Part shown: positions 45,114 through 57,100 of the stretch, piece after piece | Layout: each line of letters begins with the position of its first letter | Position numbering within the stretch: the first letter of the stretch is position 1 | Assembly: GCA_002269645.1 (NCBI GenBank) | Contig: NIVC01002201.1 | Location: forward strand, 30,008-94,007 | Source: Macrostomum lignano | Taxonomy: Eukaryota | DNA length: 64,000 nt | Reading direction: 5' to 3' | Position numbers and translations under genes: made by a program | Notes under the pieces: model-generated | What the model was told of the DNA's origin: nothing | The model's input: only the letters and a program-made list of their open reading frames with translations | Database searches by the model: none

Positions 45114-48100
45114 TTAAAAACCGTCGCTAACGAGATCGCAGGGCGGTGACACAACGGTGGGCATGAGCCCCGCCGGTGGCCTGATGACTGCCTGGCCGTG
45201 GCCTGGCCGATGGTCGGACTGCTGCTGCAGTTGGTGGCCAGAGAGAGAGAGAGAGAGAGAGGGAGTTCGTCATTTACTGATACTGCTAACAATACTGGTG
45301 CATTACCTTGCTGCCCCAACCCATCCCCTACCCCAACCCATCCCCTACCCCAACCCACCCCTTCCCCGACCCACCCCTTCCCCAACCCATCCCCTACCCC
45401 AACCCACCCCTTCCCCGACCCACCCCTTCCCCAACCCACCCCTTCCCCAACCCACCCCTTCCCCAACCCACCCCTGCCCCAACCCATCCCTACCCCAACC
45501 CATCCCCTGCCCCAACCCATCCCTACCCTAACCCATCCCCCTGCCCAACCCACCCTACCCCAACCCACCCCTACCCCAACCCATCCCTACCCCAACCCAT
45601 CCCTACCCCAACCCATCCCTACCCCAACCCATCCCTACCCCAACTCATCCCTACCCCAACCCATCCCCTGCCCCAACCCATCCCTACCCCAAACCACCCC
45701 TGCCCCAACCCATCCCCTACCCAAACCCATCTCCCTACCCCAACCCATCCCTACCCCAACTCATCCCTACCCCAACCCATCCCCCTGCCCCAACCCATCC
45801 CTACCCCAAACCACCCCTGCCCCAACCCATCCCCTACCCAAACCCATCTCCCTACCCCAACCCATCCCTACCCCAACTCATCCCTACCCCAACCCATCCC
45901 TACCCCAACCCATCCCTACCCCAACTCATCCCTACCCAACCCATCCCTACCCAAACCACCCCTGCCCCAACCCATCCCCTACCCAAACCCATCTCCCTAC
46001 CCCAACCCACCCCCCTACCCCAACCCACCCCCTACCCCAACCCATCCCCCACCCCATCTCCAGTCAGTCCCAGCTCAAACCTCGGTCTCGCAGCCATCCT
46101 CCCCGTCGCCGCCGCCGCCCAGCTGCTTGGCCTCCTCCTTGGTGCAGGTGGCTGCCCGCGACTCCAAAGCGTTCAGATCTTCTAGCCAGGCCCTGGCCGG
46201 GGTCAGCTCGGCCAATTGGCGCAGCCGGCCGGCGGCTTCATCTCGATCCTGCAGCAGACGCTGCCGACGCTCCAGAGTCAGCGACCACACGGGCATCCGG
46301 AGCAGATAGTCGAATTCGTCGCCGCCGTTGAAATCGTCGGCATTTCGAATCGCGGCGGCCCGGACAGGATCGGGCTCGAACCCGGCGGCCGACAATCGCC
46401 GGTTTGTGTCCGACCGGCCGGTAAATCCGGACAGGTTTAATCGACCTTCGGCTACGTCTAAAGCGAATCGAGCTTGGTTGCTTAGCAACCGGACTAAAGC
46501 GTAGAGTTCGGCGCGTTGATAATCGAGTCGGCGCCTGTACATGTCCAGCCGGTGGTCGAAGTAGTCGCGCATGATGTCGCTGACCGTCTGGTACCTGGCG
46601 GGGATCGGGAAGTTGAGGAATGTTCAAAGAAACATTGGATCGCAAATCAGCTCAGCGGCAAACAGTTGCCAGCCGACAGTTGCCAGCTAACATTTGCCAG
46701 CCGATAGTTGCCAGCCGACAGTTGCCAGCCGATAGTTGCCAGCCGACAGTTGCCAGCTAACATTTGCCAGCCGATAGTTGCCAGCCGACAGTTGCCAGCC
46801 GATAGTTGCCAGCCGACAGTTGCCAGCCGACAGTTGCCAGCTAACAGTTGCCAGCCTAGAGTTGCCAGCCAAGAGTTGCCAGCCAAGAGTTGCCAGCCAA
46901 GAGTTGCCAGCAAAGAGTTGCCAGCCAACAGTTGCCAGCCAACAGTTGCCAGCCAACAGTTGCCAGCCAACAGTTGCCAGCCGACAGTTGCCAGCCAAGA
47001 GTTGCCAGCTAACAGTTGCCAGCCAACAGTTGCCAGCCGACAGTCGCCAGCCAAGAGTTGCCAGCCAACAGTTGCCAGCCGATAGTTGCCAGCCAAGAGT
47101 TGCCAGCTAACAGTTGCCAGCCAACAGTTGCCAGCCGACAGTCAGAAAATCCATTAGCTAATTGCACTAATCTCTTTGTGCCATCCCATCGGCCCGTGCA
47201 CTGACCTGCACATCCGGTCTCCGCTATCTGCCAGCACCATGGATCCGGTGCTGAACCGGCTACTCAAGCCGGAAGGATCGTATAGTCCCATCCGGTTAGC
47301 TCCTGGCCAGCTGAGACGGGTCCAGTTTAACTAGAAATCGAACTCGCCAATCCGAGCAGTAGTTATTGACAGACTCGGCCAGGCTGGCCAGGCTGCAGCC
47401 GTACGGCTCGCTCCAGACTCGAACAGGCAGTTCGGTGATTTCGAATATACCCGTATTAGCGTAGGCTAATAGCCGGCCGTAGGAAACGAACCGGCGACCG
47501 TCGGGCATGGCAACGATGCGGCCGGTGTGACCGCGAAATGCCGGCAGCATAGGCAGGGGCTCCGCTGTGCCGCCCTCGCGAAGCATGTGGCGCAGGTTCG
47601 CCATCACGTCGGCTAAGGAATGGTTGGGAATGCTGGTGTTCCAGCCGGTGCCGATGCCTTCGGCTCCGTTCACCACCGCTAGGGGCACCACTGGCGAGTA
47701 GCTGCGGGATGGGCGATAAGGAGAGACTTGATCTGACCTGAACCATGTCAACCTGACCTGACCCGTGTCCTGACTGACCTGACCCGTGCCTCACTGACCT
47801 GACCCGCGTCCACCTGACCTGACCCTAGGCCTGACCCTGTATTAACATGGCCTGACCTTGTATCAATATGACCTGACCCTGCATTAACATGGCCTGACCT
47901 TGTATCAATATGACCTGACCCTGCATTAACATGGCCTGACCCTGTATTAACATGGCCTGACCCTGTATCAATATGACCTGACCCTGTATCAATATGACCT
48001 GACTATGCATTAACATGGCCTGACCCTGTATTAATATGGCCTGACCCTGTATCAATATGGCCTGACCCTGTATTAACATGGCCTGACCCTGTATCAATAT

Positions 48101-51100
48101 GACCTGACCCTGTATCAATATGACCTGACCCTGTATCAATATGACCTGACCCTGTATCAATATGACCTGACCCTGTATCAATATGGCCTGACCCTGTATC
48201 AATATGACCTGACCCTGTATCAATATGACCTGACCCTGTATCAATATGACCTGACCCTGTATCAATATGACCTGACCCTGTATCAATATGGCCTGACCCT
48301 GTATCAATATGACCTGACCCTGTATTAACATGGCCAGACCCTGTATCAATATGGTCAGACCCTGTATCAACATGGCCTGACTCTAGGTGAAGTGACCTCA
48401 TCTAGACCAGAAATGAGAGTCTACCCTTATTAAAAGACAACTATCCACAAGATCCTGCATCCACTAACACACAGGTGACAAACCTGACAGGTTCAACCCG
48501 TTCGCCATCCTCCATCCGATAGTTTAGCAGGGCATCATCGTCAGGATGAAAGATAAGCCGAGCCAGCGGAGACAGGCAGGTGTAAATATACCTGGCAGCG
48601 GCTGCGTCCTTACCGCCGAGCAATCTGGAGCCGAACTGACCGCCAGGCACTAACAAATTGATATTGTTAGAGCCGGGGAAATTCTGCGCCATGCCAACTA
48701 TAGTATTGAATAGGGCTCCATCGCCGTGCCTGTAGGCTGTTAGTTCGGCTACGCTGCCAGCCAGCTGGGGCACTCTGATTGGCTGGCGTTGGCGGCGCTT
48801 GAAACAGGTGTACAATACCTTCCGCTGCGACGGTTTCAAGCCGTCCATTAAGGCCGGTATGGAACGCCGATTATCGGCTAGAGAGAATTGGACCAGCTCG
48901 CGATGGATGAAATCTGAGCAGCTTAGCTCGGCATTTGGCGACGATTTGTTGAGCTCTTCTGCCAGAGAGGAGCTTAGAGGGGCAGCGTCGGACTGATGGT
49001 CGCTGTGGGGGGAGACACGTTGATTTTGTCACATGCACAGCCGGCTCTCAGTGATAGAAGGCGAGATAGACTGTGGGATTTCTAGAATTTCTAAGAAAAT
49101 GTTGATTTCTAGGAAAAACTACTGATGTTTGGAGGAAAAAAAGATTTCTAGCAAAAGCTACAACAATTTCTAAGGAAAAATACTGGGATTTCTAGGAAAA
49201 TACTGGGATTTCTAGGAAAACACAGGGATTTCTAGAAAAATACTAGGATTTCTAGGGAAAACATTGATTTCTATGGAAAATACTGCAATACTTGGGAAAA
49301 ATACAAGGACTTTTAGGAAACTGGGATTTCTAGGAAAATACTGGGATTTCTAGAAAAAAAACCAGTGATTTCTAGGAAAACACAGGGATTTCTAAAAAAA
49401 TACTGGAATTTCTAGGGAAAACATTGATTTCTATGGAAAATACTGCAATACTTGGGAAAAATACAAGGACTTCTAGGAAAATACTGGGATTTCTAGGAAA
49501 ATACTGGGATTTCTAGGAAAATACTGGGATTTCTAGAAAAAAAAAGCAGTGATTTCTAGAAAAAAAGCAGTGATTTCTAGGAAAATACAGGGATTTCTAG
49601 GAAAACACAGGGATTTCTAGAAAAATACTAGGATTTCTAGGGAAAACATTGATTTCTATGGAAAATACTGCAATACTTGGGAAAAATACAAGGACTTTTA
49701 GGAAACTGGGATTTCTAGGAAAATACTGGGATTTCTAGAAAAAAAAGCAGTGATTTCTAGGAAAACACAGGGATTTCTAAAAAAATACTGGAATTTCTAG
49801 GGAAAACATTGATTTCTATGGAAAATACTGCAATACTTGGGAAAAATACAAGGACTTCTAGGAAAATACTGGGATTTCTAGGAAAATACTGGGATTTCTA
49901 GAAAAAAAGCAGTGATTTCTAGGAAAATACAGGGATTTCTAGGAAAACACAGGGATTTCTAGAAAAATACTAGGATTTCTAGGAAAAATACAGGGATTTC
50001 TAGGAAAATTTTGGGATTTCTAAGAAAATTATTGCGATTTCTAAGATAGACGGTGGGATTTCAAGGATAAACAGTGGCAATCAGATAATGAAATTGAGAC
50101 AAAATCGGCACTAGTAGTCACACAATGGTGCCAGAATTCTACGAGTACAATACAAGGCCGAATTGATCTCCTACTCACTCAGCGGCAGCCTCGGCCAGCC
50201 AGGCCTTTCGCGCATCGGCATCGGGTCCGAATGCCAGCACCAGGGCGGCGTCGTCCTGCTCTCCGCCTTGGCCGGCATCGCGTCGGACAAGCCGGACAGA
50301 CTGGCCAGAGAACAATCGGACAAAGAAGCGCCTACCCTCGGCGGCAGTGAAACCGCCTAAGCCTTTGTAATACTTCAAAGACCAGCGCCGCCAGTCTGGC
50401 TTAGAGCTAATCCACTTGGCCAGCGAGTCCATAGAATAGAATTCTTCGCTATCCGCTTTCACGTCGGCTGGCGGCGTTGCCTTAGCAATCGGCATCACTA
50501 ATAGGCGCAAAAAATCCCACCTGCTTAACAATAGTTCCGGCCAGAAGCAGTGCAACAGATTCAATACTAGGCCTCGGATATGAATGCCGTCCGTGTCCTG
50601 ATCGGACATGATTAGAATTCGGCGATAGTGCAAACTGGCCAAGTCGGCTTCTGTCTCGTAGCGTTTGCCAAGCTGCGTGTGTGCGTGCGTGGGTGGGAAT
50701 TGAATTATTGACTGTTCCAGCATGTTGCTACTGTTAGTAGCATGGTTGGCATAGGCCTTGGGTAATACATAAACAGGATAAATGTATCATTTAGCTATTA
50801 GTGACATACTATCATTGATAAAGGACACAGATACCTGGTACCATGGATACAGGACAAAAATCCCATGAATAAAGGACGCAAATATCATTGATAAAAGACA
50901 CAGATCCCATGGATAAAGGACACAGATCCCATGGATAAAGGACACAGATCCCATGGATAAAGGACACAGATCCCATGGATAAAGGACACAGATCCCATGG
51001 ATAAAGGACACAGATCCCATGGATAAAGGACACAGATCCCATGGATAAAGGACACAGATCCCATGGATAAAAGACACAGATCCCATGGATAAAGGACACA

Positions 51101-54100
51101 GATCCCATGGATTGATGGATAAAGGACACAGATCCCAGGGGGCATAAATAAAAGACACAGATTCCATGGATAAAGGACACAGATCCCATGGATAAAGGAC
51201 ACAGATCCCATGGATAAAGGACACAAATGCCATTGATAAAGGACACAGATCCCATGGATAAAGGACACAGATCCCATGGATAAAGGACACAGATCCCATG
51301 GATAAAGGACACAGATCCCATGGATAAAGGACACAGATCCCATGGATAAAGGACACAGATCCCATGGATAAAAGACACAGATCCCATGGATAAAGGACAC
51401 AGATCCCATGGATAAAGGACACAGATCCCAGGGGGCATAAATAAAAGACACAGATCCCATGGATAAAGGACACAGATCCCATGGATAAAGGACACAGATC
51501 CCAGGGGGCATAAATAAAAGACACAGATCCCATGGATAAAGGACACAGATCCCATGGATAAAGGACACAGATCCCATGGATAAAAGACACAGATCCCATG
51601 GATAAAGGACACAGATCCCATGGATAAAGGACACAGATCCCATGGATAAAGGACACAGATCCCATGGATAAAAGACACAGATCCCATGGATTAAGGACAC
51701 AAATGCCATGGATAAAGGACACAGATCCCATGGATAAAGGACACAGATCCCATGGATAAAGGACACAGATCCCAGGGGGCATAAATAAAAGACACAGATC
51801 CCATGGATAAAGGACACAGATCCCATGGATAAAGGACACAGATCCCATGGATAAAAGACACAGATCCCATGGATAAAAGACACAGATCCCATGGATTAAG
51901 GACACAAATGCCATGGATAAAAGACACAGATCCCATGGATTAAGGACACAAATGCCATGGATAAAGGACACAGATCCCATGGATAAAGGACACAGATCCC
52001 ATGGATAAAGGACACAGATCCCATGGATAAAGGACACAGATCCCATGGATAAAGGACACAGATCCCATGGATAAAGGACACAGATCCCATGGATAAAGGA
52101 CACAGATCCCATGGATAAAGGACACAGATCCCATGGATAAAGGACACAGATCCCATGGATAAAGGACACAGATCCCATGGATAAAAGACACAGATCCCAT
52201 GGATAAAGGACACAGATCCCATGGATAAAAGACACAGATCCCATGGATAAAGGACACAGATCCCATGGATAAAAGACACAGATCCCATGGATAAAGGACA
52301 CAGATCCCATGGATAAAAGACACAGATCCCATGGATAAAGGACACAGATCCCATGGATAAAGGACACAGATCCCATGGATAAAAGACACACACAAGAAAC
52401 AAAATTAAAACCCGATAAAATCCGCATACCTACAAGCCTTACGCCCCCATATTTACGCTACAGACCAGCAAACAATTCAGCCAAGCAAAAAGCCGGCGCC
52501 TCACCCGCAGCCCAACAACATCGCAAAGCAGTTGCAACAGGCGACTCTCAGCCAGGGTGGTGGGCGCAGCCTCCCTGGCATTGATTAGCTTGCCCTGCAG
52601 TGCCAACACGCCGATCCGATCTCGACCGCCGGGAACCGCAGCCGCTCCGGCCACGGCAAGCGCCTTGGCCGAGTCGCCCTCAGTCAGTACCAGGACGCAG
52701 TCGTTGCCGCGCCCGACGCCTGAAGCTACTAGATTGGCGTGCTGCAGTTTGCCAGCAGCGGCAGCAGCAGCGGCGGCCACCTTAGCACCCGAGGCTGCTG
52801 CCGAAGCTTCAGCCAAAGATTTCTCGCGACTTCTATTCGATGCGGAATCAGCAGCAGCGGCAAGCATGGAGCTGCAAACGGCCTGACCGACGCTGCCCCG
52901 CTTGCCAACGTCGGCCAGAACGCTGACAAAACTGCCGCCTTTGATCAGCTCCTCCGGCACGGCGGCAGCGGCGCCGAATTTCGACGCCGGTAAAGTGAGC
53001 CGGCGCTTCGCCTGCGATTCGAAACTGGGATTGTCAACTCGGCAGCTGCAGAATAGCCAGAGACGCCGGCGAACCTGCGAAGAGGGAGAAATGCGAGTTA
53101 TTTCTGTCATGGCTCTGTGCATTGATGCTCTGTGATTTGGGCCCTAACTCGAAGAAACAGACAGAGGGGGAATAAAATAGGCTGGGATCCCAGAGGAATA
53201 ATGATGGATTAATGATCAGGGATCCCATTTCCGTAGGAATAAAATTGACAGTCACCCGAAAGAAGAAATAATATGGACAGGAATCCCAGGGGGGATAAAA
53301 TGGACAGGAATCCCAGGGGGAAAAATGGACAGGAATCCCAGGGGGATAAAATGGACAGGAATCCCAGGGGGATAAAATGGACAGGAATCCCAGGGGGGAA
53401 TAAAATGGACAGGAATCCCAGGGGGGAATAAAATGGACAGGAATCCTAGGGGGGAATAAAATGGACAGGAATCCCAGGGGGATGAAATGAAGACAGATCC
53501 CAGGGGGAAAGGACAGGGATCCCAGGGGGAATAAAATGGACAGGAATCCCAGGGGGGAATAAAATGGACAGGAATCCCAGGGTGGGTGAATAAAATGGAC
53601 AGGAATCCCAGGGGGAATAAAATGGACAGGAATCCAGGGGGGAATAAAATGGACAGGAATCCCAGGGGGGAATAAAATGGACAGGAATCCCAGGGGGATG
53701 AAATGAAGACAGATCCCAGGGGAAAGGACAGGGATCCCAGGGGGGGGGGATAAACAACGGACAGAACTGCCACAGGACACATTACTAAAGTGCCTAAGCT
53801 ACCTGTGAAGGCTTCACAGCCGGAAAGGCATCGATAAGCCTCCGCCGCCGCTTTCCAAGCGCTGTGGAATTTCTCAGCGAAGCATCGACAGCTTCGGTCA
53901 GCGGCCGCAGCAGCCGGTCGCACAGCAGCTCAACGTGCCGACCGCCAGCCGGAGTTGCTATGGCATTAACAAAGCTCACGTGACGAAACCCGTAATTAGC
54001 ATCGACAATCTCGTCATTAGAATCGACACCGCCGCCGCCAGACGCGCAGGCGGCCACCAGCCATCGCTGATTGGCGGCGCTAACCAGCAGGCTGCCAGGC

Positions 54101-57100
54101 GGCGCGTACATTTCACAGTAGTGCCGGAAACTTCTCACCGGCACCTGTTGGTCGTTAAAGTACACGCGCACTCCCGGGCAGGTGGCGGCCAGATCGTAGG
54201 CTCTGCGTTGAATCAATGCGACAAGGTCGGCGTCCAGGCTGGTCGACCCGAATCTGGCCAAGTCGGGCTTGAATGTCACTCGGGTGTAGTCTGGACCGCC
54301 GTTGGCTGCTTGCACCTGCAGCAGGGTGGGATGGGTGTTGGGACAATCTATGGTATGAAACTTTCACCCAGTTATCAGCAACAATAAACACAAACTCTCA
54401 CCCAGTTATCAGCAAAAGTAAACACAAACTCTCACCCAGTTATCAGCAAAAGTAAACACAAACTCTCACCCAGTTATCAGCAAAAATAAACACAAACTCT
54501 CACCCAGTTATCAGCAAAAGTAAACACAAACTCTCACCCAGTTATCAGCAACAATAAACACAAACTCTCACCCAGTTATCAGCAAAAATAAACACAAACT
54601 CTCACCCAGTTATCAGCAAAAATAAACACAAACTCTCACCCAGTTATCAGCAACAATAAACACAAAATCTCGCCTAGTTATCAGCAAAAATAAACACAAA
54701 CTCTCACCCAGTTATCAGCAAAAATAAACACAAAATCTCGCCTAGTTATCAGCAAAAATAAACACAAAATCTCGCCTAGTTATCAGCAAAAATAAACACA
54801 AACTCTCACCCAGTTATCAGCAAAAGTAAACACAAAATCTCACACAGTTATCAGCAGCAATAAACACAAACCCTGATCCAGTTATCAGCAACAATAAACA
54901 CAAACCCTGATCCAGTTATCAGCAACAATAAACACAAACCCTGATCCAGTTATCAGCAACAATAAACACAAACCCTGATCCAGTTATCAGCAACAATAAA
55001 CACAAACCCTGATCCAGTTATCAGCAACAATAAACACAAACCCTGATCCAGTTATCAGCAACAATAAACACAAACTCTCACTGAAATAAACTACAATAAA
55101 CACAAAATCCCACTTCAATGAGCTACAAGAAACAAAAACAAAATCTCACTGAAATAAGCCGCAGTTAACACAAAATCTCGCAGAAATCAGCAACAATAAA
55201 CACAAACTCTCACCCAGTTATCAGCAAAAGTAAACACAAAATCTCACACAGTTATCAGCAGCAATAAACACAAACCCTGATCCAGTTATCAGCAACAATA
55301 AACACAAACCCTGATCCAGTTATCAGCAACAATAAACACAAACCCTGATCCAGTTATCAGCAACAATAAACACAAACCCTGATCCAGTTATCAGCAACAA
55401 TAAACACAAACCCTGATCCAGTTATCAGCAACAATAAACACAAACCCTGATCCAGTTATCAGCAACAATAAACACAAACCCTGATCCAGTTATCAGCAAC
55501 AATAAACACAAACTCTCACTGAAATAAACTACAATAAACACAAAATCCCACTTCAATGAGCTACAAGAAACAAAAACAAAATCTCACTGAAATAAGCCGC
55601 AGTTAACACAAAATCTCGCAGAAATCAGCAACAATAAACACAAATCTCACTTTAATCTCACTGAAAAACGCTACAATAAACAGAATATCACCCAATTATG
55701 AGCAACAATAACTCCAAGCGACACTGCAACTCACCGCAGGCTCCCCAGCCACTGTCATATTGTCTCTCCAAGCCTGCCGAAACTCCAGGCCGGTCTGGCC
55801 GCTCCGAGTCTCCACAGAGAACTCCTTGCTAAACACGTTGGCCAGCTTCGCCCCGAATCCGTTCCGCCCACCCGTGGTAGCCTTGACCGAGTCGTCGAAA
55901 TTGCTGGAAGTTAACAGCCGGCCAAATAGCAGGCTAGGCACGTACCGGCTGTCAGGATCGTCAGGGTGTACAGCAACTGGGACGCCGCGGCCGTTGTTCC
56001 AGACTTCCACTGTGCCAGTCGTCGAGTCCACGGCGATGCGAATGTCCTTAGTGCCGGCCGGATCTCGCTGCCAGTTATCCGCCGCGTTCACAATAATCTC
56101 GTCACAGATCCGGTACAGGCCGGGCGAGTAGCACAGCTCACGCTCGGACATCCGATCGCCGCAGCTGTCCGGCCGCAGTGTCCAGGCCAGCTGTTTGGCC
56201 GGCTCGATAGAACCAATGTAGGCGTCCGGGCGCAATAGCATGTGCTCAGTGGGCGACTTCAGCTGGGTTTGGGAGAGCAGGGATAAGGGGTGTGTGGGTG
56301 TTGTTACAGATAGATAGACTAGCTGACAGACACAGACAGACAGACAGACACATACACTAAGACAGACAGACAGACACTAAGGCACTAAGACAAACAGACA
56401 GACACTAAGACACTAAGACAAACAGACAGAAAGACACTAATACATAGACAGACACTAAGACACACAGATACTGAGACACTAAGACAAACAGACAAACAGA
56501 CAGACAGAAAGACATTTTTAAAGGAAACTAAGACTTTAGGACAATTAGACACTAAAACAAACAGACAGACTGCCGCCACGCTTTCACCATAAAATATTTC
56601 GCTCGCCAGACAAGCGAAAAAATAAAATACACAATACAAACGCACAGCACTCACCTGGTAGACCTGTTCCACTGACCGGAGCTGGCTATCATCGCTACTG
56701 TCCCAGTTGCCAACGCATCCGCCATTGTGCACTCTTCCACCATAGCCAGCGGTGCGGAGGCATCCCAGCCGTAGCAAACTTGCTCTTCCCCCAAATAGTG
56801 CATAATACCTGTCATATTAGCCAGTCCAGGTGTGAGAAGGGGTTAGCAAAATTTAATAGTAATTGCATAATATAACCTTAGATTTATAGCCGAACTTTAA
56901 ATATCAGGTGTATTTAAATTCTACTCATGTTCCATGCTACTCATGTTGAAATAAGTAGTTTAAACTTTAAAGCACAATGCAACAAATATTTGAATATGAT
57001 TACAAAAACTTAGTAACCCACCTGGTCCTGTTGTACCTCTGCAACAGTGAACTAATCATTGCATATTGAATACAGTTAAACTTTGTGCCTCTTTAGTAGC

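Noticed and set aside
45313-46055. Interstitial telomeric repeat
   Set aside because: No regular (TTAGGG)n; it is a degenerate ~16-18-bp C-rich unit.
50787-52427. 546-aa hydrophobic repetitive ORF
   Set aside because: A 22-bp array inside TOP2 intron 50673-52504.
56700-56802. Alternative TOP2 starts at ATG 56802 or 56743
   Set aside because: Both are out of frame with SVEQVYQ; the 56802 frame stops after 35 codons.
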